Shown: in pieces, positions 21,233 to 30,038 of the stretch
How positions within the stretch are numbered: position 1 is the first letter of the stretch
Layout: every line of letters starts with the position of its first letter
Assembly: GCA_963668425.1 (NCBI GenBank)
Contig: OY764332.1
Coordinates: forward strand, 41,241 to 105,240
Origin: Minisyncoccota bacterium
Lineage (GTDB): Bacteria; Patescibacteriota; Minisyncoccia; Phycocordibacterales; JABAAK01
Direction of reading: 5' to 3'
DNA: 64,000 nucleotides
Notes under the pieces: model-generated
Database searches by the model: none
What the model was told of the DNA's origin: nothing
What the model saw: the letters and a program-made list of their open reading frames with translations, nothing else
Made by a program: the position numbers and the translations under genes

Positions 21233-21323
21233 CATGTATTTGACACAGGACTTGCAGCATGACATACTTTTTGCAGAGCCTATTATTGATTTGAAAGATT
21301 ACATATATACAGGAGGAAATGTA

Positions 21324-21620
21324 GTGAAACATATGTTTACTGCAATTGTTATGCTGTTGCTGTGCATAATCGTTACTGGATGTGAAAAAGGTGTTGATAT
21401 ACTCACACCTGCTCTTTCTGAAGACCCGGTTCATATATCAGATGATGAGTCAGAAATAGCTGTATCTGATGATGTTGAGTGCTTTGACGATCCACAGGAT
21501 GTGCCTGAATGGTGGTATTCTGTTGTGAGCGTTCCAGATCCTGATGATGGTGTGCCGGATCATAATTTTATACTTTGCGATGAAGATCAGGAAGAAATCA
21601 TGGATGAGGATCTGGAGTAA
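21324..21620 (+). CDS. Small, very acidic putative lipoprotein
   Basis: AGGAGG then GTG at 21324; MKHMFTAIVMLLLCIIVTGC lipobox; C/G-run hairpin follows at ~21632-21656. Confidence 0.65.
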   Translation: MKHMFTAIVMLLLCIIVTGCEKGVDILTPALSEDPVHISDDESEIAVSDDVECFDDPQDVPEWWYSVVSVPDPDDGVPDHNFILCDEDQEEIMDEDLE

Positions 21621-21770
21621 CTTCTTTTAATACCCCCCCCCGTATAATGGGGGGTTCTTTTATGGATAAGCAGCGAAAATATTAACCACGGTCAACAATA
21701 TTGCGGTAATTTTCATATTACAATTGTAACATAACCATAGATTTCAGCGCTTCGTTACTACTGTTTATTC

Positions 21771-23444
21771 TTATTTTGTATGTGTTCTTTCTTGAATTTT
21801 AGCTTTTATGATATCTGTCTCTAATCTGTACAATAGATGAGATATGCTACTTAATATATCTAGGCAATCTTTATCAGTAAAGATGTTTTTTGAGAAATCT
21901 ACTTCTTTTTTCTTAGTGGCTGTTTCATGATGACGGGTTATGTTTGCGGCGGCACAGCACCCTCTTGCTATACAGAAATTACTTTCCTCTAAATCATTTT
22001 TCACAGCTTTATCTAGTGGAACTTTTTCCAAACTTCCGCAATCTTTGCCATCTTTGCTATCTTTGCTAAGATATTCATTAATTAGTTTTGCGCCACTCAT
22101 ATTCTTCTCCCCACTGACCTTTTTTAACTCCATTTCATATATTTCCCATGCTTTCGTTAATGCGCTTGTGTAATCTTTCTTCTTGTAGTCTGCAAGAATT
22201 TTATTCTCCTTCTTCAATTTTTTATGGAGATAGCGCCAATGAAATTCTGCATATTCGGGAACAATCTCCAACACATCGCTCACTATTTTTTCTTCACGAT
22301 CTGGATGCTCTTCCGCAAGCAAAAACAATGATCGTAACGGTTCTTTTTTGTCATCAGGAATATTCTCTTGATACTTCTTAAAATCAATACTACTTAACTT
22401 TTCTGATATTTTTTTGGTAGCGCTCTCTTTCCTCATTTCACGCCACTTTTTTTCGGTACCGTTTATTATATCTTTCAAGCAATCTTCCAAAGGTTTTAAT
22501 TCTTCGTTATCCCAATCCAAAGTTCTCCTGTTCGTTGCGACCATGTCCTCTTCTTTATCCTCAATAAAGTCTATATGAATTTCTCCTGTAATGTATCTGA
22601 AGAAATTGCTTGAGGCACTGCCGAAGGCAGTCGGCTCATTAACCAATTTATTTCTTGCAAAGAGAGAAACACCTTGCATATCTTTCCGCGGTAGAGGCGA
22701 TCTTGCAGTTTTTATGATGCCTTTAATCTTACCCTTGAACACATTGTGTTGCTCAGGTATTTGTTCATCCCCTACTTGAAACTCGCCCTCTATATCAATT
22801 CCCTCAACTCTCAGTTTGTTGCTCAGAGTGTACTCATTACCATCTCCTTCTTTAACTACCACCAAAAAATCGTTGCCAAAGTTGACCCTCCTCGATAAAC
22901 TAACTGCAAGCTCTTTTACATCAATCTTTGTCTTTCTTTTGACCTCTGTAAGAGTGATTTTTGTTCCGCTACTCATCTGTGTATCAACGTCATTCTCTAT
23001 TAGCTTAAAAGAACACTTGTCGTCTTGAGATTTCTCAATATCTCTCCAATCCATTTGAAACATGTTCATTTTTCCATTTTTAATTGTTCTCACCTCAACA
23101 ATATTTGCTATACCGAACATAGCAAGCTTCCCCAACCCTTTTCTACCAGTAATTTTTCGTCCGTTTGGACTGGTATCGCCCTCCTCTTCTTTCCTTCTCT
23201 TTCTTCCGACTATGAGAAAGCGCTTTGCTAAATCTTCACGGCTCATGCCTAAACCATCGTCCTCAATCTCTATGCTCTTTACACTGTTCTTATCTTGCTG
23301 TATTGAAATCGTAATCTTTTTTGCATCTGCATCATATGCATTAGAAATACTCTCCACAAGCCCGTGTGGCAATCGTGTATACATCTTTATACCCAAATCA
23401 CCTATAGTCCTCGGGTCAAAAATTAATGGCAAACTGTCATTCAT
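21771..23444 (-). CDS. GHKL (HATPase_c/MORC-like) ATPase with a C-terminal TIGR02391/Ymh-like domain
   Basis: ESISNAYDADA, EDDGLGMS and GRKGLGKLA Bergerat motifs; likely start MNDSLPLIFDPRTI; C-terminal helical domain assignment is from recollection. Confidence 0.8.
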   Translation of the reverse strand: MNDSLPLIFDPRTIGDLGIKMYTRLPHGLVESISNAYDADAKKITISIQQDKNSVKSIEIEDDGLGMSREDLAKRFLIVGRKRRKEEEGDTSPNGRKITGRKGLGKLAMFGIANIVEVRTIKNGKMNMFQMDWRDIEKSQDDKCSFKLIENDVDTQMSSGTKITLTEVKRKTKIDVKELAVSLSRRVNFGNDFLVVVKEGDGNEYTLSNKLRVEGIDIEGEFQVGDEQIPEQHNVFKGKIKGIIKTARSPLPRKDMQGVSLFARNKLVNEPTAFGSASSNFFRYITGEIHIDFIEDKEEDMVATNRRTLDWDNEELKPLEDCLKDIINGTEKKWREMRKESATKKISEKLSSIDFKKYQENIPDDKKEPLRSLFLLAEEHPDREEKIVSDVLEIVPEYAEFHWRYLHKKLKKENKILADYKKKDYTSALTKAWEIYEMELKKVSGEKNMSGAKLINEYLSKDSKDGKDCGSLEKVPLDKAVKNDLEESNFCIARGCCAAANITRHHETATKKKEVDFSKNIFTDKDCLDILSSISHLLYRLETDIIKAKIQERTHTK

Positions 23445-23516
23445 AGTAAATATTCTAAATCCACCCCTCTTTGTTAATGGAATGTTCTTTGAAGATAAAA
23501 TATAAAGCAAGCATCC

Positions 23517-24575
23517 TCAAGTTACATGCCTGTGATGTTTTATTATAGCATCCCCCATTTTTTTTGCATAAAATGGTGGCACTGCATTGCCGATCATGCG
23601 GGCTATTTGGCTGATGCTGTCACCAATAAAAGTGTATTTTTTTGGAAACGTTTGCAAGGTTGCTCCCTCTCTTAGGGAAATGGCACGGTTCTCTTCTGGG
23701 TGAGCAAATCTACCGTTTGATATGCTAAAAAACTTTGTAGTGAGCGTGGGTGCTGGCCTGTTCCACGACATACGACCGTATGTGTCACTGAACGATGTAT
23801 TTCCATTCTTATGCTTATATGCGTTAATCTGTAAATCAGTATTTGCCCAGACATTTCGTGAACCGCCATCCTTTTTTGTCATTTTCAATCTCCTCAGATT
23901 TTCTTCGCTTAGTCCAGCCACTGTGTGAAGAAATCTTGTTGTATCTTTATGACCAGCAGAGATTTTTTTAAACCCGTTCTTTTCTCCTATAAAATCAGCA
24001 ACAACAGGCCTATTTTTTGTCTTTTTTGGAAAGACACTTTTGTCACTCACCCTATTGGCAATTAAAGAAAATCTTTTTCTCGTTTCTGGTACTCCATAGT
24101 GATGGAGGTTTACCACTTCATAATAAACTGTGTAACCACTTTTTTGCAATGATTGCACAAATATATCTAACCCACTTTCCTTGTATTTTTTTAATATACC
24201 AGGAACATTTTCAACGACAACATACCCAGGGTTATAATATTTTACAAAGCGGTGAAAATCATTCAAGAGATGCTTTGATTTTTTTGATCTGTTTTTATTG
24301 GTTCTGATTATTGTCCAGTATTGACAAGGACTGCATCCGACGAATATAAGATTATCATCATTTCTCTTGATGTTAATTTCTCTTGACAGGTAACTCTCTT
24401 TTAATTTTTTAATATCAGCTAGGATATATCTTGATCCCTTTATGTTTGCCTCATAGGTTTCTTGGCATTTTGGATCAATGTCAATACCAGCAAGAACATC
24501 AATACCTGCTTTTTGTAAGCCGAAACTCATTCCCCCGCCAGAACAAAAAAAATCAACTGCTTTTATTGCGTTCAT
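23517..24575 (-). CDS. dcm: DNA (cytosine-5) methyltransferase
   Basis: DFFCSGGG, GCSPCQ, ENVPG, PETRKRF, RAISLREGATLQTFP, IGNAVPP. Confidence 0.95.
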   Translation of the reverse strand: MNAIKAVDFFCSGGGMSFGLQKAGIDVLAGIDIDPKCQETYEANIKGSRYILADIKKLKESYLSREINIKRNDDNLIFVGCSPCQYWTIIRTNKNRSKKSKHLLNDFHRFVKYYNPGYVVVENVPGILKKYKESGLDIFVQSLQKSGYTVYYEVVNLHHYGVPETRKRFSLIANRVSDKSVFPKKTKNRPVVADFIGEKNGFKKISAGHKDTTRFLHTVAGLSEENLRRLKMTKKDGGSRNVWANTDLQINAYKHKNGNTSFSDTYGRMSWNRPAPTLTTKFFSISNGRFAHPEENRAISLREGATLQTFPKKYTFIGDSISQIARMIGNAVPPFYAKKMGDAIIKHHRHVT

Positions 24576-24690
24576 ACACTGTTATGGTAGCATCCTATAC
24601 TGCCTCAAAGGTTTCATGACCAATTATTGTAAAAATACCGTTATATTCATTATGACAGGCGATACAGGATTTTTCTGTAACTTTTATGTG

Positions 24691-26002
24691 TGCTACTTTC
24701 CATGCTACCCTGCCCTTTGGACAGCACGTCTATTTGTATGATGTCGCTGTGTGTTATTTTTTAACCTACTAGTAGGCACTATGTGCATAGAGCATGGTGC
24801 CGTGTTACACTTTAGGTACTACAAAGGAGTTTACTATGGCATTACTTAAGACAAAACGATATGTTTTTTCTGTTGCACTGCTTGTGCTTGTTGGTGGCGT
24901 TGTTTTTTTACTTGTTTCTCCTGCACAGGTTGTAAGAGAGTCCGCATTACCTGAAGAGAGCTTGGTGCAATCGTCTTTACCGAGTCGTGCACCGGTAGGG
25001 TATGAGGTACCTACACGACCTGTCGTTACCTTTCCCTTTACGCATGTTAGTGCTGATCGTCTTCGTCTTGGGAATATTCAAGAGGTGTCTGAAGGAAGGT
25101 GGGTAACGGTCATAAATCCATCTGTTGATAATTACTACAATGTATCGCCTGATGGGCAATGGTCGTTATCCAGAGGATTAAATCTTTACATCACCAGAAC
25201 CGATGGATCTGGTGAGAAGCGTGCACTGCTGACACACTCAAGAGATAATCCTGATGATATAATATATATCTCTACCAATCGAATTGTTTGGTCCTGGGAT
25301 AGCAGTCGCATTTTCTACCCATTTAGGCGACAATACTACCTTGATGCAGAAAGTCTAACTAGTGAATATGAACAATGGGTTGAGAGTGTTAACATTGAGA
25401 CAGGTGAAGTTACTCGTCATACTGATATTGGCTACTACGCCAATCTTCATAGTCACGCTACTGCTCGCTATCCTACTGACCCTGTTATATTTGACGATAG
25501 TTTTGATTACCCACCAGAAGGCCCTCGTGGTATCAAAACTCATGATGGCTCTGCCAGATGGGTAATTCCTGGCTTCAGACCATTTTCTCTTTCACCGAAT
25601 AAGCGATTGGTTCTAGGGCTTGAAGAAGGTGGCAAAATAATCGGTGAAACAGGATATATCATGCATTACCTTATTTATGCCGTTGATGGAACTGGTCCGC
25701 TATACAGTTTTTACGGTGCAGATACCCCCAAATGGTCCCCTGATAGCAGTAAGTTCGCCTATTACCATGTAACAGAACGTGAAGCTGATACTGGCATCCT
25801 TCTTGCCTCAGATATCTATCTTATGAACATAGACGGCACTGGTATAACTCAACTCACTGATACGCCTGATATTCCTGAGCGTCTCCATGGTTGGACCCCG
25901 GATGGTCGTCTTGTTTTTAGTATCGAAGAAGATTTGTATATCGCTGACCTTGTCACAGAATAATTAAAAGGAGGAAACTAATGAAACGAGTTTTTTGTTG
26001 TG
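24691..26002 (+). repeat. ~1.3-kb direct repeat, copy 2
   Basis: Matches 19924-21232; the last ~370 bp of the gene are nearly identical. Confidence 0.93.
24836..25963 (+). CDS. TolB/PD40-like beta-propeller protein (paralogue 2)
   Basis: Same repeats as paralogue 1; AAGGAG before ATG 24836. Confidence 0.85.
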   Translation: MALLKTKRYVFSVALLVLVGGVVFLLVSPAQVVRESALPEESLVQSSLPSRAPVGYEVPTRPVVTFPFTHVSADRLRLGNIQEVSEGRWVTVINPSVDNYYNVSPDGQWSLSRGLNLYITRTDGSGEKRALLTHSRDNPDDIIYISTNRIVWSWDSSRIFYPFRRQYYLDAESLTSEYEQWVESVNIETGEVTRHTDIGYYANLHSHATARYPTDPVIFDDSFDYPPEGPRGIKTHDGSARWVIPGFRPFSLSPNKRLVLGLEEGGKIIGETGYIMHYLIYAVDGTGPLYSFYGADTPKWSPDSSKFAYYHVTEREADTGILLASDIYLMNIDGTGITQLTDTPDIPERLHGWTPDGRLVFSIEEDLYIADLVTE

Positions 26003-27597
26003 TAGGTGTGTTGTTGTGTTTTATGTTGCTACAGAGTGCTATTGCCCAGACCTATCGTATCTACATAGATCCAGGGCATTACAAGGGCAATGGTGCTAGT
26101 CATGTGCATGAGAAAACCGGGGAGCTGATACGTGAGGAGGATATATCTCTTGCAGTTGGCTTGAAGCTTCGTGCTCTTCTCATGAGTGACACCTTTACTG
26201 GTGTCACCTGGGATGTGCGGATGTCTCGCATGGGACCAGATTCACGTACTCGTGCACTGAGTGACCCAAAGAATAGAGCAGAAGATGCGATAGATTTTCG
26301 AGCAGGTATATTCATCAGCATCCACTGTAATAAAGGTAAGGGAGATGGTACTGAAACCTTTTGGGCTGACAGAAAGGATACTGATCTTGACAACAGAGGA
26401 ATACCGATAGGATTTGCATTCAAGAAACAAAGTGTCAACAATAAGAGTAAACGCCTTGCTGGACTTGTGCACAAGCACATGGTATCCCGTGGTAATTGGT
26501 CTAGTCGTTCTCATGATACAGAAAGTAGTGAGGGAGAAACTCTGGATCAAAAATATATGATTAACCGCACGGCTAAATTCTTTGAGGACGACACTCGATT
26601 CCCCGGCTTCGGAGGACATATTCCAATACTTCTGGCGCTTAAGGGTGTTCCCGGCTGCCTCAATGAGATAGGGTTTCTTGACAATCAGAAGAACTTGGAA
26701 AAGTTGGTGTCTCCGTACTGGCAACATCGGTTTGCTGAGGCGTATCGGGATGCTATTTTTGAGTATGTTGGATTAGAGATGCCAGAGTATCTCACTGTCT
26801 ATTTGGAGCCAGGTCAGAACATGATCTCTTGGCCTGGTATTCCTATTGGCACTGGTAGCAGAGGAGTCCTTATCAACAGTGAGCAGTTTCCAGCGACTCG
26901 AATACTGAGACGATGGAATCCTGAGAAAAAAGAACATGAACGAGTTAGTCAGGTTGTCTTTGGTGAAGGGTATCTACTGTACGTACCAGCACGAAGAGCG
27001 GAGGGAGAGTTACTAGATATTTCCTTTTTCCCTCAAACTTCTTACACACTACAGTTGAAAAGTGGGTTCAATATGATTGGTAGTGTTTCTGGCCATACCT
27101 TGTTCTCAACTATTGTAGATAGAGTGAATAGAGGAGGTGTACAGTGTCTTGACTCAACGTTCTTGATTTTGCGTAATGGGAGGTTGACCGTGGATAGTGA
27201 TGGTGTCATGCGACCAGGTGTTGGATATCTTGTGCGGGCATGTAAAGATGTTGAGATAACGGTGTCTGCTTCGTTGGCAGCACCTTCTGTGGTGTCTCTT
27301 CCTGCAGAGACCCAGCTGTTTGCTAACTTCCCTAACCCTTTCAATCCTGAGACGTGGATACCGTTTCATTTGCAGAATGCTGGGGAGGTTACTCTTTCTA
27401 TCTATGGTGTCTCAGGACACCTTGTTAGAACTATACCTCTTGGTCATCTTTCCTCAGGTTCCTATGATACCAAAGACACTGCTGCCTACTGGGATGGTAG
27501 GAATGAACACGGTACTCAGGTTGCCTCTGGTATCTACTTCTATACACTAGAGACACAAGGTGTTTCTTTTACTAGAAAGATGGTGGTGTTGAAGTAG
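25981..27597 (+). CDS. Secreted Amidase_3 N-acetylmuramoyl-L-alanine amidase with C-terminal FlgD-Ig/T9SS-sorting-like domain
   Basis: Signal peptide; IYIDPGH, EEDISL, FISIHCN, NEIGF zinc/catalytic motifs; C-terminus AAP..ETQLFANFPNPFNPETWIP..AAYWDGRNEHG..VASGIYFYTL..TRKMVVLK. Confidence 0.92.
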   Translation: MKRVFCCVGVLLCFMLLQSAIAQTYRIYIDPGHYKGNGASHVHEKTGELIREEDISLAVGLKLRALLMSDTFTGVTWDVRMSRMGPDSRTRALSDPKNRAEDAIDFRAGIFISIHCNKGKGDGTETFWADRKDTDLDNRGIPIGFAFKKQSVNNKSKRLAGLVHKHMVSRGNWSSRSHDTESSEGETLDQKYMINRTAKFFEDDTRFPGFGGHIPILLALKGVPGCLNEIGFLDNQKNLEKLVSPYWQHRFAEAYRDAIFEYVGLEMPEYLTVYLEPGQNMISWPGIPIGTGSRGVLINSEQFPATRILRRWNPEKKEHERVSQVVFGEGYLLYVPARRAEGELLDISFFPQTSYTLQLKSGFNMIGSVSGHTLFSTIVDRVNRGGVQCLDSTFLILRNGRLTVDSDGVMRPGVGYLVRACKDVEITVSASLAAPSVVSLPAETQLFANFPNPFNPETWIPFHLQNAGEVTLSIYGVSGHLVRTIPLGHLSSGSYDTKDTAAYWDGRNEHGTQVASGIYFYTLETQGVSFTRKMVVLK

Positions 27598-27609
27598 GTG
27601 TAGTAAAGT

Positions 27610-27638
27610 AAAGACCCACACCATGGTGTGGGTCTTTT
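27610..27638. terminator. Bidirectional terminator-like palindrome
   Basis: aaagacccacaccatggtgtgggtcttt between convergent genes. Confidence 0.75.
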
Positions 27639-27654
27639 TCATTTCTTCTGTTTC

Positions 27655-28350
27655 TTATTCCTGCTCTTCAATCAAGTCAAGATTGAGTTCATCAGGAACA
27701 AGAAAGGCGAATTTTCCACCAAATGCAAATGGATCATTGGGGTGAAAACCTCGTGCATCCTCGTCTATAAGTAATTCTAGTAGAAGTATCCAAAGGCCGA
27801 TGTTGGTGGCAGGGTCTGGATATGCGTCATCCCGTGTGATGACAGGCACCTTCGGGATGTCATTTTCAACACCGACAATCGGTGGATCAATTGCCACAAT
27901 AAACTCACCAAGACGATCTCCTGTGGAATAATCGGGCTGATCAAGGAACTGCTCCCGTAGTGCAAGAGCGACTTCAAATGTCATGGGTGCAAGCCCCATT
28001 GTTTCTGCCCTTTTAAGAATAGTATCGTACTGGACGATTTCATCTTCAGCGAATCCCATCTCCGGCATAGAGAGAACGACAACATGATACACTTCTCGCT
28101 TTCCGGAGAGTATGAGATGATCATTTATTGCTTCCTCTGTCCATCCGCTGACAGTAATATTACGTTCACGAAGACCACGAAATATATCCTCAGTGGTCTT
28201 ATGCACAGTAACAACAGTGAAATCAGGACGAAATTTTTCCAACTCTAATGCTTGCCCTTCATCTAATGGATTTTCACCTCCAGAGCAAGATAGTAGTGAT
28301 AGACAGACAAGACACAGTAGTAGTACCGTGAAAGAAAAGCGATGAAACAA
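27655..28350 (-). CDS. Putative lipoprotein of unknown function
   Basis: Leader ending LLSC; AAGGAGG upstream of the TTG start. Confidence 0.75.
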   Translation of the reverse strand: MFHRFSFTVLLLCLVCLSLLSCSGGENPLDEGQALELEKFRPDFTVVTVHKTTEDIFRGLRERNITVSGWTEEAINDHLILSGKREVYHVVVLSMPEMGFAEDEIVQYDTILKRAETMGLAPMTFEVALALREQFLDQPDYSTGDRLGEFIVAIDPPIVGVENDIPKVPVITRDDAYPDPATNIGLWILLLELLIDEDARGFHPNDPFAFGGKFAFLVPDELNLDLIEEQE

Positions 28351-28504
28351 AATATGTTTGCCTCCTTTTGTAATTTGAGTTTTAGGGTATGTGCCCCAAG
28401 ACGATTATATAGGAGAAAAATGGTATATGCAAAAACAGATTCCGGCTATACAACTCTTGTTAGAGGAAGAACAGCCCTCAACGATCTCCCATTGTCGTGT
28501 ACTG

Positions 28505-29362
28505 TTACAATCTTGGTGTCTGCGTACCTTTTGCAAGGTAGTAGTACTTCCCTCTTTTTTCAATTACTCCTTCGGTGAGGAGTCCTGTTAGCCCTTCGTT
28601 AATTCGCTCTACTTGCACTGTCTGCAGTTGTTTTTTTGAGATACCTTTTTCAGTACTGATGAAAAGGCGTAGCAGTGCGCCACGTGCCTGACGGATTGAT
28701 CCGTCAAACTTGCTTTGTTTGGTGTAATGCTTACTCCGTGCATTTGTTCGTACTCCTTGTGATTTCAGGTGTGCACCGTAGTCCATCATTGCGGAATAAA
28801 ATATCCGAGGGCTCACTTTGCGCTCAAGAGCATTTTGTAGTAGTCGTTTGACAAAAACACTAATCGTCTTATCCGCAACCTCTTTCTTTTTTTGGATGCA
28901 GTGATGCAGTAGGACAGTGCGAATATTTGTTTCAATAATAATGACCGGTCTGTTGTATGCGAACGCTAACACGGCACCAGCGGTATACTCACCAACACCG
29001 GGTAGGGTGAGTAATGTTTCTTTATTTTCTGGCACTACGCTGTCATGCTCGGCGACAAGTATCTTTGCCGCATCGTGTAGCGCGGTTGCCCGTCTGTTGT
29101 ACCCAAGCCCACTCCATAGTGTGAGTACTTCTTTTCGTGTGCTTGAGGCGAGCGCTGTAACCTTTGGAAACTTTTTTAAAAAGGAAATATATTTTGGCAC
29201 CACTCGATCTGCCTGTGTTTGCTGTAGCATGTATTCTGAGATTAAGATGTGATACGGATTATCTGTTTCTCGCCACGGAAGTGTTCGCTGATTGTTTTTG
29301 TAATGCAGTAGTACATGAGAGAGAACGTCATTACTTTTTTCCTTGGATATCTTAGAAGGCAT
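28505..29362 (-). CDS. mutY: A/G-specific adenine glycosylase (short MutY)
   Basis: LPWRET, ISEYMLQQT, WSGLGYNRRA, LPGVGEYTAGA HhH; probable start MPSKISKEK at 29362 (the ORF-track extension runs through the terminator hairpin). Confidence 0.88.
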   Translation of the reverse strand: MPSKISKEKSNDVLSHVLLHYKNNQRTLPWRETDNPYHILISEYMLQQTQADRVVPKYISFLKKFPKVTALASSTRKEVLTLWSGLGYNRRATALHDAAKILVAEHDSVVPENKETLLTLPGVGEYTAGAVLAFAYNRPVIIIETNIRTVLLHHCIQKKKEVADKTISVFVKRLLQNALERKVSPRIFYSAMMDYGAHLKSQGVRTNARSKHYTKQSKFDGSIRQARGALLRLFISTEKGISKKQLQTVQVERINEGLTGLLTEGVIEKRGKYYYLAKGTQTPRL

Positions 29363-29378
29363 AAAAAATGAAAATATG

Positions 29379-29428
29379 AAAAACCCCCGGCAGACCAAAG
29401 GAAAGATATTGAGGTCAGCCGAGGGGTT
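29379..29428 (-). terminator. Intrinsic terminator closing the structured element
   Basis: Minus strand AACCCCTCGGCTGACC-loop-GGTCTGCCGGGGGTT followed by a U-rich tract. Confidence 0.75.
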
Positions 29429-29957
29429 ATGGTTGTGCTTTGCTTGGATGAGTTGCCGGATCCATGGCAATCTTACATCCTGCACTTAGTGCGATGCATA
29501 CAACGGTACCCAGAGGTATGCAGCACTACTGTACGGCATTAGACCGCACCTTAAGGAACAGACATAATAAAAAAAATTATTATGTTGTTATTTGCATCAA
29601 CTTAGAGATTGATGCTTGACGGTCCCCCACGACCACACAAAACAATTCAAAGATCATATACCCTGCAAATCGCTCAGCGACTTGGGTTAAGTCGTCCGGT
29701 GTCATCGATGTCAATATCTCCCGAAAGCTCTGAGCGAGATATCAACATTCAAAGACCAAAAACGAAACTGGCACAGCGTCTTCCTTTCAGAAAGAAACGT
29801 ACACGGTTCAGATTTGAAAAAAAGTATCGGCAATTCTGCGCATATATTTTTATGATTATCAACATCGCACAAGATTTCATCTTATGCGAACACCAAAAAG
29901 ATTTTCGATCTCTCTTGGTGAGTTTTTTTTCAAATCATCTTCTTAATGCTTCGTTCT
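29379..29957 (-). ncRNA. Candidate large structured ncRNA (~570 nt), family unassigned
   Basis: More than 12 stems in nested domains; plus-strand C/A mismatches become G-U pairs on the minus strand; pseudoknot; extended -10 upstream and terminator downstream. Confidence 0.7.
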
Positions 29958-29963
29958 GCTTTT

Positions 29964-29972
29964 ATGATACCA
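29964..29972 (-). promoter_or_regulatory. Extended -10 element TGGTATCAT; a consensus DnaA box (TGTGGATAA) lies at 30007-30015
   Basis: Sequence match only. Confidence 0.5.
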
Positions 29973-30038
29973 TGGTCTAATAAAAAACATTGCCTTGAAA
30001 TATCTGTGTGGATAAATTGAAAGATTCTACGTTAGATG

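Noticed and set aside
20072-25963. Diversity-generating retroelement template/variable repeat pair
   Set aside because: Differences are not adenine-specific, include indels, and no reverse transcriptase is in the window.
29379-29957. RNase P RNA, tmRNA, T-box or c-di-AMP riboswitch identity for the structured element
   Set aside because: No GAGGAAAGUCC, no tRNA-like ends, no T-box consensus; only a GGGGGACC fragment resembles ydaO. An Rfam search is still needed.
29609-29980. 123-aa plus-strand ORF, and the 41-codon N-terminal extension of mutY
   Set aside because: No recognisable motifs; both run through the dense stem-loop region, which is better explained as RNA structure.
10042-30015. 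Replication origin suggested by DnaA-box-like 9-mers (~10041, ~12507, 30007)
   Set aside because: Boxes are isolated rather than clustered, and dnaA/dnaN are not nearby.
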